Below are positions 28,564-38,171 of a DNA stretch of 64,000 nucleotides, piece after piece. The notes beneath the pieces were generated by a model. That model did not search any database. It had not been told where the DNA came from and saw only the letters and a list, made by a program, of their open reading frames with translations. The stretch lies in the IMG/VR virus record IMGVR_UViG_2740891848_000001, positions 1 to 64,000 of that record. One strand, given 5' to 3'. Within the stretch, counting starts at the first letter, position 1; every line of letters begins with the position of its first letter. This DNA is from a virus (taxonomy: Duplodnaviria; Caudoviricetes). The translations under genes were made by a program, and so were the position numbers.

Positions 28564-29249
28564 CTTTGATAAACCAGCTTGTCGTCGCCCAGATACAGGT
28601 CGCGCGACCCGGCGTTCTTGCTGGCCTCGGTCAGCGCGTCGCGGATCTCCTTCGGCAGCTCGCGGCGATCCCAGTATCCGCAGCCGTGGCCGGCGCGCGT
28701 GAGCCAGAAGTCGTGACCGGCGCGCTCGGCCGTGTAGCCGTTGATCTGCATCGCGGCGTGCAGCTGCGGTTCGGCGAAGTCGCAGAAGTCCTTGCAGTCC
28801 TCACGGAACTGGGCTTTCGTCTGCTCGGCCAGCTCGTACTGGTCCAGCTCGACGCTCTTCTCCCCGCCCGTCTCCTTATCGTGGATGGTGTCCGTGCTCG
28901 ACCAGAGCGCGGCTTCCTCGTAGCCCTGGACGAAGTCCTCGAACCACAGCTCGCGAGGGGTCTCGACGATGTCCACATTCGGGTACTCACCGCGGACGAT
29001 TTCCAAGACCTCCCAGCGATCCTTGGCACGCAGGAAGAACTCCACGTCGCCCTCGGATTCAACAGCCCGCCACAGCGGCTCTCCTGCGCCCCAATACGCG
29101 CCTCCCGCGTCGTAGTCGCCGTCGACGAACGGTAGATGCTGGACGACCAGCTTGATCGGTGCGTCCTGGTCGTCGGCATGCGTGTCGCGGCGACCCATCG
29201 GTGCTCCGCGTGCGCTGCCCACTTCGGCCAGTTTCATGCTAGTCGTCAT
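28560..29249 (-). CDS. phage early hypothetical protein
   Basis: Conserved-looking GAYWG and GHDFWLTRAGHGCGYWDR motifs. Confidence 0.7.
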   Translation of the reverse strand: MTTSMKLAEVGSARGAPMGRRDTHADDQDAPIKLVVQHLPFVDGDYDAGGAYWGAGEPLWRAVESEGDVEFFLRAKDRWEVLEIVRGEYPNVDIVETPRELWFEDFVQGYEEAALWSSTDTIHDKETGGEKSVELDQYELAEQTKAQFREDCKDFCDFAEPQLHAAMQINGYTAERAGHDFWLTRAGHGCGYWDRRELPKEIRDALTEASKNAGSRDLYLGDDKLVYQS

Positions 29250-29568
29250 GTCGTGCCTCCCGGATCGAGTTCGACTCGGCGAGATCTCCCCAGCAGCCAA
29301 CCGTCATCGACAGGCCATGGAAGAGGATCGTGGTCGCGTAGGTATCGCCGGCATTGCAGTAGTACACGTCACAGCCTGTGCGGCGGTTCACGCCCAGGAA
29401 CTCGACGCCGTGTGTTTCAATCAGGCGGTCGATCTGGCTACGGGCTTCGCTGCGCCGTTGAACGGTCTTCCAAACCTCGCGCACTTTGGCAGCGATCTCG
29501 GGCGTCACGTCCTTGATTTCTTGCAGCCGCTTCGACGAAGCAGCGCGACGTTCAGAGAGCTGTACCAT
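29239..29568 (-). CDS. phage early hypothetical protein
   Basis: 109 aa; YCNAGDTYATTI motif. Confidence 0.65.
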   Translation of the reverse strand: MVQLSERRAASSKRLQEIKDVTPEIAAKVREVWKTVQRRSEARSQIDRLIETHGVEFLGVNRRTGCDVYYCNAGDTYATTILFHGLSMTVGCWGDLAESNSIREARHDD

Positions 29569-29858
29569 TACTCTTCGTCCTCATCCTCGACGGGCACCAG
29601 GCGTTTGCCGGCGAAGTGGTCGTCGAGTGTCGCCTTGACCTCCTTCGCCGCATCGCGCCATGCGAGCGCATTGATGAAACCGTTGTTGCCGATCTGCTCT
29701 ACGGCCTGTTCGTCGGTTAGCGCGGCGACGACATCGGCGTGCTTTGCCAACGCATCCATGATGAAGAGCTGGACAATCGGTCCGCTCTTCGAGAATTCCA
29801 TCAACTCGGCGATCGTCTCAGCGTTCGTCGCGTTACGCATTTGTTGTTTCTTGGCCAT
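29568..29858 (-). CDS. phage early hypothetical protein
   Basis: 96 aa; preceded by CTCACCACCACAGA. Confidence 0.65.
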   Translation of the reverse strand: MAKKQQMRNATNAETIAELMEFSKSGPIVQLFIMDALAKHADVVAALTDEQAVEQIGNNGFINALAWRDAAKEVKATLDDHFAGKRLVPVEDEDEE

Positions 29859-29903
29859 GATTTACTCTGTGGTGGTGAGTGAATAACGTGCAGCTCTGCA
29901 CTT

Positions 29904-30131
29904 TTAAAACAGTTGAATCTCCGCGCCGTGCAGCTTGTGGATCAGGCACTGCTGGGTGGCCCACTCCTCGGTTTCTTCGAGAGTTTCGATGCAGCGAGTG
30001 CGCGTCTCACGGCAGTAGTCGCGAACGACACCATCGTCATTGCGGATCTTGAAGATCACCTGCCAGTTGGCGTTCTTCTTCCACTCGGACTTCAGGTCTT
30101 CTTCGTCGAAGCGGCGTGTGATTTCAGGCAT
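29904..30131 (-). CDS. phage early hypothetical protein
   Basis: GAGGAG RBS before ATG 30131. Confidence 0.6.
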   Translation of the reverse strand: MPEITRRFDEEDLKSEWKKNANWQVIFKIRNDDGVVRDYCRETRTRCIETLEETEEWATQQCLIHKLHGAEIQLF

Positions 30132-30375
30132 GTGTTCGCTCCTCAATTGAAACGGTGAGACATTCGTCGTATTTGCCGCCGAGGTACGTGACAGCTCGTC
30201 CGCGTATGTACTTCGTACGGACACGCCACCAGCGGCTGTTCCACAGCACGACGAGGTAACCATCGTCTTGATCGTGTTCTGGCGGCACGCGGCGCACTCG
30301 AACAGACTGCGTGCAGAAGCTGTCGAAGGAAGTGCCGTCGAGCGTGCGGCACTTCGTGTGAACGTAGGCCTTCAC
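30124..30375 (-). CDS. phage early hypothetical protein
   Basis: 83 aa, coupled overlaps. Confidence 0.6.
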   Translation of the reverse strand: MKAYVHTKCRTLDGTSFDSFCTQSVRVRRVPPEHDQDDGYLVVLWNSRWWRVRTKYIRGRAVTYLGGKYDECLTVSIEERTHA

Positions 30376-30884
30376 TTTTCGTGCTCCCCGTTGAGCACCG
30401 CCCGCGAACGGTTCAGCAGCTCACGAGCCTCACTGTTCTTGGGTTCATCGCCGTCATAGATGTGCGTCGGGATGACATCCTCCCACTCGTCACACATTTC
30501 CTTCAGCGCCTTTTCGAGTTTCCAGATGCGGTAGCGCAGCTGCTCGTTCTTAGCGTCTTCGCATTCGAGCGTGTCCCGCACTTGCTCAGCGTCTTTGATC
30601 TCAAGGAACTCGTCCGAATAGACGCCCCCTCCGCGTAGGCGGCTAACGCGGTAGCGCGTCATCGCACCCTCCCGTTTCAGTGTCTCGATCACGAACGGGT
30701 GAGCATTTGCCAACGGGCGTACGAGCGAGGACTGAAACTTGCGCTCGCGGTCGTGCAACTCGATGATGTACTTCGCATCTTCTATGTTCAGGCCGGATGC
30801 GAGTGTCACATCGGTGTCGACAGCAACGATGCGGCTGTTGTCCCCACGCTCGATGTAGGTCCATTGTTGTTCTTGGCGGCTCAT
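30372..30884 (-). CDS. phage early hypothetical protein
   Basis: 170 aa, GGAGGAG RBS. Confidence 0.65.
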   Translation of the reverse strand: MSRQEQQWTYIERGDNSRIVAVDTDVTLASGLNIEDAKYIIELHDRERKFQSSLVRPLANAHPFVIETLKREGAMTRYRVSRLRGGGVYSDEFLEIKDAEQVRDTLECEDAKNEQLRYRIWKLEKALKEMCDEWEDVIPTHIYDGDEPKNSEARELLNRSRAVLNGEHEK

Positions 30885-30885
30885 G

Positions 30886-31206
30886 TCACTCCTCCTTCAA
30901 GATAAAGCCGCAGTAGGCGGTGTCGCCGACGACAATGGCAGGGTGTGCATAGCCGTCTTCTTTGCTGGTGGTTGCTTCGAGCGTCTGATCGGACCAACGC
31001 TTCCAGTCCGTCAACTGCTGGGATATCTCGTACGACTCCTGGTCGACGAACTCAACGGTGACCGTGTGTTTCAGCTCGAAGTGGTGGATGCCGTTGATCT
31101 CGAACGACTTGCCTGCTGCGGCCTCGCTGATCTTCTCTTCTTCATCAGGCGACAGCAGCCCGGTCGGATACGGGAACGGGTAGCCGTTGGTCAGGATCAG
31201 GCGCAT
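30886..31206 (-). CDS. phage early hypothetical protein
   Basis: Start reassigned to ATG 31206 (MRLILTNGY). Confidence 0.55.
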   Translation of the reverse strand: MRLILTNGYPFPYPTGLLSPDEEEKISEAAAGKSFEINGIHHFELKHTVTVEFVDQESYEISQQLTDWKRWSDQTLEATTSKEDGYAHPAIVVGDTAYCGFILKEE

Positions 31207-31634
31207 GCTTCCACCTTCGTTGCGATGTAGAACGGCGTTGTCAGATCGTTCGGCGCAACGAAGGCAGTCGGGATCGCACCCGACAGATACAGCTGCCCCT
31301 TCTTCGGGCAACGCATCGGCAGCTCGTCCCATTGCGCTATGCCACCGCCTTCTGCGTGTACAGGCCTCGTGCTGATCGCTGGCCCGTTCTCGGTTTTGCG
31401 CGCGTGGCAGGCGTCAAGCGACTTCTGATACGCGGCCTGATCGAAATACTGCACACCCGTCAAGTGCGCCAGCTGGTGGACGATCATCTGCACCGCGGGA
31501 TCGCAGTTGATCTCGTCGGTCCCCTTGCCTTCATGCCGGCACTGCGCAATTGCGTTAACCAGCGCGGTGGAGATTGCAATCGGGTTGCACGCGCCTTGCT
31601 GAATCGCGGCGGCTTCGCGGAATCGGTTGTACAT
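31197..31634 (-). CDS. phage early hypothetical protein
   Basis: Start at ATG 31634 (MYNRFREA), 2 nt after the upstream stop. Confidence 0.6.
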   Translation of the reverse strand: MYNRFREAAAIQQGACNPIAISTALVNAIAQCRHEGKGTDEINCDPAVQMIVHQLAHLTGVQYFDQAAYQKSLDACHARKTENGPAISTRPVHAEGGGIAQWDELPMRCPKKGQLYLSGAIPTAFVAPNDLTTPFYIATKVEACA

Positions 31635-31636
31635 GG

Positions 31637-32434
31637 TTAGTTCTTCGCTTTGTAGCGGTTCATTGCATTGATGAACCACGGTTTGAAAGGCTCGTTTACC
31701 GCGTCGAGGTTTTCGTGGGCGCGCGCAAAGTCCGGGTTTGCCGACATGTAGTGGAATCGGAGACCTTGAGGCCAACTCGCCTGGTAGACGAGGTAGTAGG
31801 AGATGTTCCCGACCAGCTCGTTGGCGACGATCTCGAAGCGCTTGCGCTTATACGTTTTGCGAATCGCTTCGTGGTGCGTCCACTCGTGCATCTCGCAGTG
31901 GCTGTTCTTCTCTTCATCCCGCAGCCAAACCCAAGCCTCGACGAAGCAGCCGTCTTCGCCGCGCGAGACACGAGCGTTGTCATTGATCTCGATGTCGTCG
32001 TCGGAACCCTTGGCGTACAGGTCGCGAGCGCGGTGGATCTCGTCGATCGTCGCTGGTTCTGGTTCAGGCTGCTGAATGCCGCCGTGTTCGTTCGCGTCGA
32101 ACGATTCGACGCGGCCGAGGTCGGTGATGATCGCCAGCATGTTCTCCTTGCGGAGCAGTAGGCCGTCGATCCGATAGCCCTGCTCTTCGATCATCAGCAG
32201 CGCTTTCTTGAGTGCCATCGTTGACGGCTCCAGCTGCGGCTGGGCGATGTAGGCGAGCGTGTTGCACTCCGGGCAGCGACCGGCTGGAGATGGGTGACCA
32301 GGGGTCAGGTTGCAGTCGTCGATTTCCTTCAGCTCGCTGAACGGCCCGACCCATGTGCAGTCGTCGCAATAGCAGGAGACGTTCGGATCAGGCTTGTCGA
32401 TCTCGACCCGATAATCATATGGTGGGTGGCTCAT
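31637..32434 (-). CDS. phage early protein with N-terminal zinc ribbon
   Basis: CDDC...GRCPEC; preceded by GGATCAA. Confidence 0.7.
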   Translation of the reverse strand: MSHPPYDYRVEIDKPDPNVSCYCDDCTWVGPFSELKEIDDCNLTPGHPSPAGRCPECNTLAYIAQPQLEPSTMALKKALLMIEEQGYRIDGLLLRKENMLAIITDLGRVESFDANEHGGIQQPEPEPATIDEIHRARDLYAKGSDDDIEINDNARVSRGEDGCFVEAWVWLRDEEKNSHCEMHEWTHHEAIRKTYKRKRFEIVANELVGNISYYLVYQASWPQGLRFHYMSANPDFARAHENLDAVNEPFKPWFINAMNRYKAKN

Positions 32435-32703
32435 CCGTTGATCCTCAAGTTGTCGCGGGCGAAGTCTTCCGCTTCGCTAACGTCACTGTTCCAGTGGGCG
32501 ATCATGTCGTAGATGCAGACCTTGTAGCCCTTCTTAAGCTCAAGTTCTGCGCAACGGTCGCGCTCACCCTCGGAGCTATAGACGTAGACGCCCTTGCCGC
32601 CGTTGTTAGCGTTCATCCACTCCAAGGCGTAGAACGTGCGTCGCTCGTCGCTCGTGATGTCGATGGTGTTGAGGCGCGGGATGTTTGGGTGGTTAAGGCC
32701 CAT
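32431..32703 (-). CDS. phage early hypothetical protein
   Basis: Start ATG 32703 overlaps the upstream stop (TAATG); GAGGAG RBS. Confidence 0.6.
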   Translation of the reverse strand: MGLNHPNIPRLNTIDITSDERRTFYALEWMNANNGGKGVYVYSSEGERDRCAELELKKGYKVCIYDMIAHWNSDVSEAEDFARDNLRING

Positions 32704-32939
32704 TACGCAGGCTCCTCGACAAGTGCAGGTCTGCACGATTCGACGTACTCGCTGGTGTGGAAGATGGTCTCAACGCGCTGCATGCCGGCGACGAAGTGTT
32801 CCTTCTGCACGTAACCCGTGCCGCCTTCGTTGGCCAGCTGCTTGGCGTGGGCGATCGCGTTCTTCGACGAGTTGAATGGGCGCGTTCGATATGCGCCCGA
32901 CTTCGTCGTGATTCGGGTGCGATAGATCGGCTTGCTCAC
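32703..32939 (-). CDS. phage early hypothetical protein
   Basis: Likely GTG start at 32939 (MSKPIYRTRITTK). Confidence 0.5.
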   Translation of the reverse strand: MSKPIYRTRITTKSGAYRTRPFNSSKNAIAHAKQLANEGGTGYVQKEHFVAGMQRVETIFHTSEYVESCRPALVEEPA

Positions 32940-32984
32940 AATTTTTGTCCTATAACTTGGAGATCGAACCTTCAAGGAACGATC

Positions 32985-33167
32985 ATGTGGATCTGTATTC
33001 GCTGCCATAGGGAAATCGAGTTCCCGGCCAATCAACCTGAGATTGATAGCTTCGGCGTCTATGTCTTGTGCCCGCATTGCGGCCGACGGAACACGCTCAC
33101 CAACGTTGGCAAGCGCGGTCGAATTGCTTTGGCCCAAGCGCCGGAAAGAAAAGCGAAGCGTCAGTGA
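32985..33167 (+). CDS. small zinc-ribbon protein on the opposite strand (moron-like)
   Basis: MWICIRC...LCPHC; AAGGA RBS; TATAAC at 32951; locally AT-rich. Confidence 0.6.
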   Translation: MWICIRCHREIEFPANQPEIDSFGVYVLCPHCGRRNTLTNVGKRGRIALAQAPERKAKRQ

Positions 33168-33805
33168 GTGAGGGTGTCGCGCTGTGCCCAATAAGCCGCC
33201 TCTGCGCGTTCCTTCTTCAGCGTGTCAAGCGCTTCGTTGACCAGCTGCTCGACGATCTCTTCCAGATACCCGTCATCACTGTCTTCGACGCCGCCGAGGC
33301 AATCGGTGTAACCGTCCTCGTGAGCACGCTTGCTACCCTCTTCGTCCGACAATCGCGTGATCTCGACGATCTGCCAGTGCCAGCGGTTTTCACACCAGCC
33401 GCGCATGTGCTCGAAGTCGCGACGCACGGATTCAGCAGTGACCTCGCCTTTCGTGAGCGGCTTCCACGGGCCAGGCAGCTCCTGCAAGATGTGTCGGTTG
33501 CCGGGGCCAGGTTGTGCGACCTTCGTACGCCGCAGACGCTGGAGCAGTTCCGCCTTGTACTCGTCGCTCAAGCCCCAACCTTCTTTCTTCGCCTTCTTCA
33601 TCGTTTCGGCAAAGTCGTAGAAGCGTTTGCTACCGCGATCAGAGCTGAGCGTCCACTCGCCGGGATGCTTGTCACGTCGCGTCCAATCACTGACGATGCC
33701 GTGGCAGTCATGCTCTTCCCACGGTGCGCCCCTGTCGGTGTCTTGCGTGAAGTTCACACGAAAGCGAAAGCCTTCACGCTCGATGATGTCGCCGTCGAAG
33801 ATCAT
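33161..33805 (-). CDS. phage early hypothetical protein
   Basis: 214 aa; PWEEHDCHG and GWCENRWHW motifs. Confidence 0.7.
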   Translation of the reverse strand: MIFDGDIIEREGFRFRVNFTQDTDRGAPWEEHDCHGIVSDWTRRDKHPGEWTLSSDRGSKRFYDFAETMKKAKKEGWGLSDEYKAELLQRLRRTKVAQPGPGNRHILQELPGPWKPLTKGEVTAESVRRDFEHMRGWCENRWHWQIVEITRLSDEEGSKRAHEDGYTDCLGGVEDSDDGYLEEIVEQLVNEALDTLKKERAEAAYWAQRDTLTH

Positions 33806-34173
33806 TGCTCGATCTCCTCTTCTTCATCTTCATCATCCGGAAACTGCACGCCGAGTTTCTTGGCCAGCTCGGTTGCTTTCTCGCGGATCTCGATCGTGCC
33901 GAGCGGCGCCGAGAGATTGTTGAACTCGCCATTGCGGCTGTAGCAGTCGATCAGCTCGGCGAGGAAGTCGGCGACGCCGCCAATCAAGTCCTCGTCGCTC
34001 ACAGCCTCGATGTCCGCGATCTTGGCCGTCAGCTGCGCACGATCCTCGTCGGTGTAGTGCTGACGCTCGTCGCTTTCCATACGAGACAGGTCATCGCGCA
34101 ACGTGGCCAGCAGTTCGCTTTCCACGTAAGCCTTAACCGCTGCGGGGTTGGCAAAGAATTCCAGTGCCATCAT
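33802..34173 (-). CDS. acidic phage early protein
   Basis: 123 aa, very Asp/Glu-rich; coupled overlaps. Confidence 0.65.
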   Translation of the reverse strand: MMALEFFANPAAVKAYVESELLATLRDDLSRMESDERQHYTDEDRAQLTAKIADIEAVSDEDLIGGVADFLAELIDCYSRNGEFNNLSAPLGTIEIREKATELAKKLGVQFPDDEDEEEEIEQ

Positions 34174-34382
34174 TACCTCCGATAGATTTCACGGCGCGCA
34201 GCTTTCCGAGCAGCATTGCCGCTCATGCCTTGCGCCTTGTACTTGTCGATCGTTTGTCGGCGCTCACGGCGTTCCTCGACATCCGGGATTGCTGTGTCGC
34301 GAGTGAGTTCGTCAATCAGCCGCAATGCCGAGGCAAGCTGCTGTTCGAGTCGCGTGATGCGAAGCTCGTGGTCATCAGGCAT
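34173..34382 (-). CDS. phage early hypothetical protein
   Basis: 69 aa, coupled overlaps. Confidence 0.55.
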   Translation of the reverse strand: MPDDHELRITRLEQQLASALRLIDELTRDTAIPDVEERRERRQTIDKYKAQGMSGNAARKAARREIYRR

Positions 34383-34662
34383 TGGACGTGTCCTCTGCGT
34401 ATGCCGACTCGATGCGCTCGTTTGTGTGCGAGCAGATCATGTCGCCGTCCTCCCAGTTGATGTCCATCGCGATCACGTACCAGCCGCTGTGCTTGTCGCG
34501 GTTGATGATTGCGTCTCGAATCAAGGCGGCGTTTTCCTGTGCTGCTTTGAACGACAGCGGTTCACAGTCGTTGCAGAGGAAGTAATATGGGTAGCCACCG
34601 GGCCATGCGTACGGCCCGATGTCCAGCGCCTTGTTAAAGTCAAAGACGTGGCGGATGTTCAT
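34375..34662 (-). CDS. phage early hypothetical protein
   Basis: YAWPGGYP...DCEPL...CSH...IESAY pattern; start ATG 34662 after GGAGAAGG. Confidence 0.65.
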   Translation of the reverse strand: MNIRHVFDFNKALDIGPYAWPGGYPYYFLCNDCEPLSFKAAQENAALIRDAIINRDKHSGWYVIAMDINWEDGDMICSHTNERIESAYAEDTSNA

Positions 34663-34777
34663 GTTGACCTTCTCCAGTAGGTCCAACGGTAGCCACGCTG
34701 CACGCGGTGGTGCAGCACGTTCGAGAACCCGCCGCAAGCGTAGAACTCGCGGCGAGTGATCCGTGTGTAGCCAGCCA

Positions 34778-35074
34778 TTAGAGGAACGGGTAGATGATCG
34801 AACCTTCAAACTGCACGTCGATCGAGATCTTTGCGTTGTAGTCACGGCGAACGGCCCAAATGGTGGCGCCGGTTTCCTTCTCGAAGTCGCGCAGCATGGA
34901 CTCGAACTTCAAGGCAAGCAGTTGCGCTGCCGTCTTGATCTCGCGACCGTGGTACGGGGGTGGCGGCGGTACGTCTTTTACGAGGGAGAGCGTGGGAGCC
35001 GCTGCGCTCTGTTCGAGCGTTTCAGCGAGAACTTCAACTGCGGGTTGGCCAGCTTCGACGGTGGTGGTCGTCAT
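34778..35074 (-). CDS. phage early hypothetical protein
   Basis: 98 aa; preceded by GAGGATCAAATC. Confidence 0.6.
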   Translation of the reverse strand: MTTTTVEAGQPAVEVLAETLEQSAAAPTLSLVKDVPPPPPYHGREIKTAAQLLALKFESMLRDFEKETGATIWAVRRDYNAKISIDVQFEGSIIYPFL

Positions 35075-35122
35075 GATTTGATCCTCAAAATGTGCAATGT
35101 CTGCACGTTGTGGTGGTGGGTG

Positions 35123-35407
35123 TTACTCGAGTCCGTACTTCAGCTTGTTCATGGCCCAACCGGCATAGCCAATGTCGGTGTTGCCAATCGCGACCTGTTC
35201 GCGCCATTGCTCCTTCGGGTACAGCTTCTCGACCAGGGTGCGCGCTGTCCTGATCGTGTTGTCAACTTCCTGAACGGCAGCTTCAGCGGCCGACACTAAC
35301 TGACGCTTCTCGTGCGCGTCGGTGAAGATGTCGTTCGCGAGAGCGTCACTCAGTTCATCCGATGCGACGAGCAGGTCATGCAACATCATCTTCAGTTCTT
35401 TGCTCAT
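35123..35407 (-). CDS. phage early hypothetical protein
   Basis: 94 aa, GGAG RBS. Confidence 0.6.
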   Translation of the reverse strand: MSKELKMMLHDLLVASDELSDALANDIFTDAHEKRQLVSAAEAAVQEVDNTIRTARTLVEKLYPKEQWREQVAIGNTDIGYAGWAMNKLKYGLE

Positions 35408-35751
35408 TGCTTGGTCTCCTTGCGCAGCTTTGATGCTTTACGTGCGCGCTTGGCTTTAGCTGCCTGAATGCGCAGATGATCCTGTTCAGTGAATTCCTTC
35501 ACGGGCGCCGGTTTGGCCACGGCTTCGCGGCGGGTCGGGTAGATCGGGAAAGTTAGGTCGTGGCGTGTGAGCGATTGCAGGCGTGTGAGCTGTGCCATGC
35601 GGCTGTAATCGCCGCCTCCGATCACTACGACGCGCTCAGTGTCAGCAGGCCGCTCAAACTTGACATCAATGCCGTTCAGCTTCAGATCCTCAGCGATGCC
35701 TTCGAACGTCAGCTCGTCGTCAGTGAAAATGGCGATTCGTGTCTCGCTCAT
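35404..35751 (-). CDS. phage early hypothetical protein
   Basis: 115 aa, coupled overlaps. Confidence 0.6.
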   Translation of the reverse strand: MSETRIAIFTDDELTFEGIAEDLKLNGIDVKFERPADTERVVVIGGGDYSRMAQLTRLQSLTRHDLTFPIYPTRREAVAKPAPVKEFTEQDHLRIQAAKAKRARKASKLRKETKQ

Positions 35752-36014
35752 GCAGGCACCGCCTCAGTGATTGCGTATGTGTAGCGCGCCGAGCCGAGCT
35801 TGCCGTCCATTGTGATGACGATGCCGCACTGCGCGGAGAGACGGTTGATGAAGTCTTCGAAGCTGTGGAAGTTCCGCGTATCGACGTTCTCGACCATCAT
35901 CTCTTCGAGCACGACATGAATCGCGGGGCCAGCGTAGGAAACTCTCTTCTTCATGTCAGCGAGCATGTCGCCGAAGAAGTGGAAGTATCCGATCGGGTTC
36001 GTGGTGGTGGACAC
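35748..36014 (-). CDS. phage early hypothetical protein
   Basis: GTG start preceded by AAGGATCAAAACTC. Confidence 0.55.
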   Translation of the reverse strand: MSTTTNPIGYFHFFGDMLADMKKRVSYAGPAIHVVLEEMMVENVDTRNFHSFEDFINRLSAQCGIVITMDGKLGSARYTYAITEAVPA

Positions 36015-36049
36015 GAGTTTTGATCCTTGTAGAACGTGCAGTTCTGCAC

Positions 36050-36361
36050 TTAGTGATGTGTGATTCGCAATACGGGCGTGACCGGGTCGTTCGCAGCTGG
36101 AGCTTCAAACTTCTTCCAGCGCTCAACCTTCGGCATCGGACAGCGGCGCTGCACGACACGCACAATCCGCTCAGCTACTTCACGCTCAGCAGGGGTGAGC
36201 TTGTCGAAACCCTTGCCGGTGCGTACATCGCACATGGCAAGTGGATAGCTCGTCGGTAACGCGTAAAACGCTTGGTACAAGACGATGATTTCCACATCCA
36301 TCATCTCGGCTTCAGTCATTCCAATCACGCTCACTACGACCTTCGGGTTGGGGTTCGCCAT
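36050..36361 (-). CDS. phage early hypothetical protein
   Basis: About 103 aa, GAGG RBS. Confidence 0.55.
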   Translation of the reverse strand: MANPNPKVVVSVIGMTEAEMMDVEIIVLYQAFYALPTSYPLAMCDVRTGKGFDKLTPAEREVAERIVRVVQRRCPMPKVERWKKFEAPAANDPVTPVLRITHH

Positions 36362-36386
36362 GCTCACCTCTCAGTTGTGTTCTTGG

Positions 36387-36590
36387 CTACGAGCTGCGAC
36401 GGACGACTATCTTGTCGTCATACTTGTCGTGCTCGATTAGCGTTGTTCGCACGTATTGAGCCGTGCAGTTGCGGTTGTAGAAGACGGTGTCGATCTTTTC
36501 GACACCGAGAAACACGTCCCAACTGATATGTGCAGTCTCTGCACTTATCGGTTGGCGACGTACCAGTTCGAGACTTGCGCGGAGCATCAT
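36387..36590 (-). CDS. phage early hypothetical protein
   Basis: 67 aa; VFY...VRTTLIEHD.YD pattern. Confidence 0.55.
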   Translation of the reverse strand: MMLRASLELVRRQPISAETAHISWDVFLGVEKIDTVFYNRNCTAQYVRTTLIEHDKYDDKIVVRRSS

Positions 36591-36817
36591 TCGACGTTCA
36601 CTCCATTGACTTCGACGAGATCAAAATCGCCGTCATAGCTTGCTTCGGCCAGTAGCGGCTTGTCATCAAGCATGCCGAAGTTCGCATCCGCACACTCCAG
36701 AACGTCGCGCAGTTTCGCGGCGCCCTCTTCGGGAGTAGCCGCGGTCACTCGCATCGACGCCATCAGTTTCACGTCGAAAAGGTATTCGTTCAGTTGGGCC
36801 ATCGTTGCCTCACGCAA
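36587..36817 (-). CDS. phage early hypothetical protein
   Basis: 76 aa; EYLFDVKL motif. Confidence 0.55.
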   Translation of the reverse strand: MREATMAQLNEYLFDVKLMASMRVTAATPEEGAAKLRDVLECADANFGMLDDKPLLAEASYDGDFDLVEVNGVNVE

Positions 36818-37106
36818 AAAGCGGTTCGAGCGGCATGTGCATCGACATGTCGCTGAACTGCTTCAGATGACTCATGAGAACTCGCGGGTTCTGGCGGTTG
36901 GCCAGCATCGTGCGCAGCACGTTGTCGATGATGGCGAGCGCTGCCTGGTCAGTCACCGCGCCGTGCTCAGCTGCATAGAGCTTGAGCATCAATGCGCGCA
37001 GACGCGCCGGGATCGCGGTGTTGACTTCGTGCGCCGCGCATTCAGCCATCGTCTTGAATTCGAGGCCGTCGCAGGAGCGGTAGCGTTTTAGTTCACGCAT
37101 GATCAT
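36810..37106 (-). CDS. phage early hypothetical protein
   Basis: 98 aa; Y.SCDG..F.T...C..HE resembles the next gene (paralogue-like N-terminus). Confidence 0.55.
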   Translation of the reverse strand: MIMRELKRYRSCDGLEFKTMAECAAHEVNTAIPARLRALMLKLYAAEHGAVTDQAALAIIDNVLRTMLANRQNPRVLMSHLKQFSDMSMHMPLEPLFA

Positions 37107-37461
37107 CCTCGTTCAGTCGACGCTCGATCACAGCCTGAAGCGGCGTAACGCCCTTCTCAGCCAGGATGCGTTGAGCAGTCCCACGGTTGGCACGCTCACG
37201 ATCGAAGTCGCTCACCACTTCCGCGTTTTCAAGGAAGTCCGACAGGATGCCGATGACGTTCTGGGCGTCGCCGAGGATGGCATCAGCGATGCGTTGTGCG
37301 TCGTGATCGCTCAGATCGCTGATGCACTTTTCCTTGACCAGCTTCGCGAGTTGGTGGGGGATCGCGTAGGTGTATTCGTGGCGAATTGCCGCTTCGTGGT
37401 CGTCATGCCTCTGACCATCGCGCGTCTCATAGCGCTTGATGACCTTCAGGTGCTTGTTCAT
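37093..37461 (-). CDS. phage early hypothetical protein
   Basis: 122 aa; YETRDG..H.D...A..HE; preceded by GGATCAAGACTA. Confidence 0.6.
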   Translation of the reverse strand: MNKHLKVIKRYETRDGQRHDDHEAAIRHEYTYAIPHQLAKLVKEKCISDLSDHDAQRIADAILGDAQNVIGILSDFLENAEVVSDFDRERANRGTAQRILAEKGVTPLQAVIERRLNEDDHA

Positions 37462-37571
37462 TAGTCTTGATCCAGAGATTGGAGTTGTTCTTGAAGACGC
37501 AGCGGGTCAACCGGCAGTTCTTGCGAACGCAGGTATTCGCTGACCGTCTCGGCCAGAAAGTCAAAGCTCAT
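37461..37571 (-). CDS. small hypothetical protein (36 aa, not in ORF track)
   Basis: MSFDFLAETVSEYLRSQ...; TAATG overlap with next gene; preceded by TCACCACCACA. Confidence 0.45.
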   Translation of the reverse strand: MSFDFLAETVSEYLRSQELPVDPLRLQEQLQSLDQD

Positions 37572-37613
37572 GTGATTTATGTGGTGGTGATTAAGTGCAG
37601 AGCTGCACTATTC

Positions 37614-38006
37614 CTACAGCGCGATAGGCATCGACATCACGTTGTCGAACACGTCGTGCAGATAGTCCTTGATCGCGTTGCGATCGCGGCCTGTGATCTT
37701 GATGACATAGCCGTATTCGAGCGATGGCGTGACGATGACCTTGTGCTCAGTCCAGCCGTCATACATCCCCACGGAGTTCATGTGGTGATAGTCGGCTTGA
37801 AACACGAGTTTGTTGCTCTTGCATTCGTCGTCGAGCAGCTTCACGCCGCTGTCGATTCCGGAGCCGCTGGGCAGCAGCTTGAGCATGGCGTCGAGGCGTT
37901 CTTCGTGACGAGGAACCCATGACTTGTGCGACTCAGTCGCTGAGGATGACTTACAACGCTCGATGGTTGCCAATTGCTGTGCAATGGCTTGATAAAGCGG
38001 CTTCAT
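37614..38006 (-). CDS. phage early hypothetical protein
   Basis: LPSGSGIDSG and YHHMN..G.YDGWT motifs; start ATG 38006. Confidence 0.7.
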   Translation of the reverse strand: MKPLYQAIAQQLATIERCKSSSATESHKSWVPRHEERLDAMLKLLPSGSGIDSGVKLLDDECKSNKLVFQADYHHMNSVGMYDGWTEHKVIVTPSLEYGYVIKITGRDRNAIKDYLHDVFDNVMSMPIAL

Positions 38007-38171
38007 AACGTGTTTCCGTGGTGGTGGAAGTTTTGATCCTAGAAGCCTCATGGCGGGCCTCCGGGGACTACAGTGCTACGCTGGTATTGCCCAACCCCCA
38101 CAAGCCTGCGGTGAGGGCTGTCATGCGGTCTGCGGCCAGGTGCAGACCTGCACATTCTGTTGCGTTTGCTG

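Noticed and set aside
35061-36009. GTGGTGGT copies at 35061 and 36001 (also 23425)
   Set aside because: Inside coding sequence as Thr-Thr-Thr codons; not counted as motif A, though they lie near N-termini and might still function
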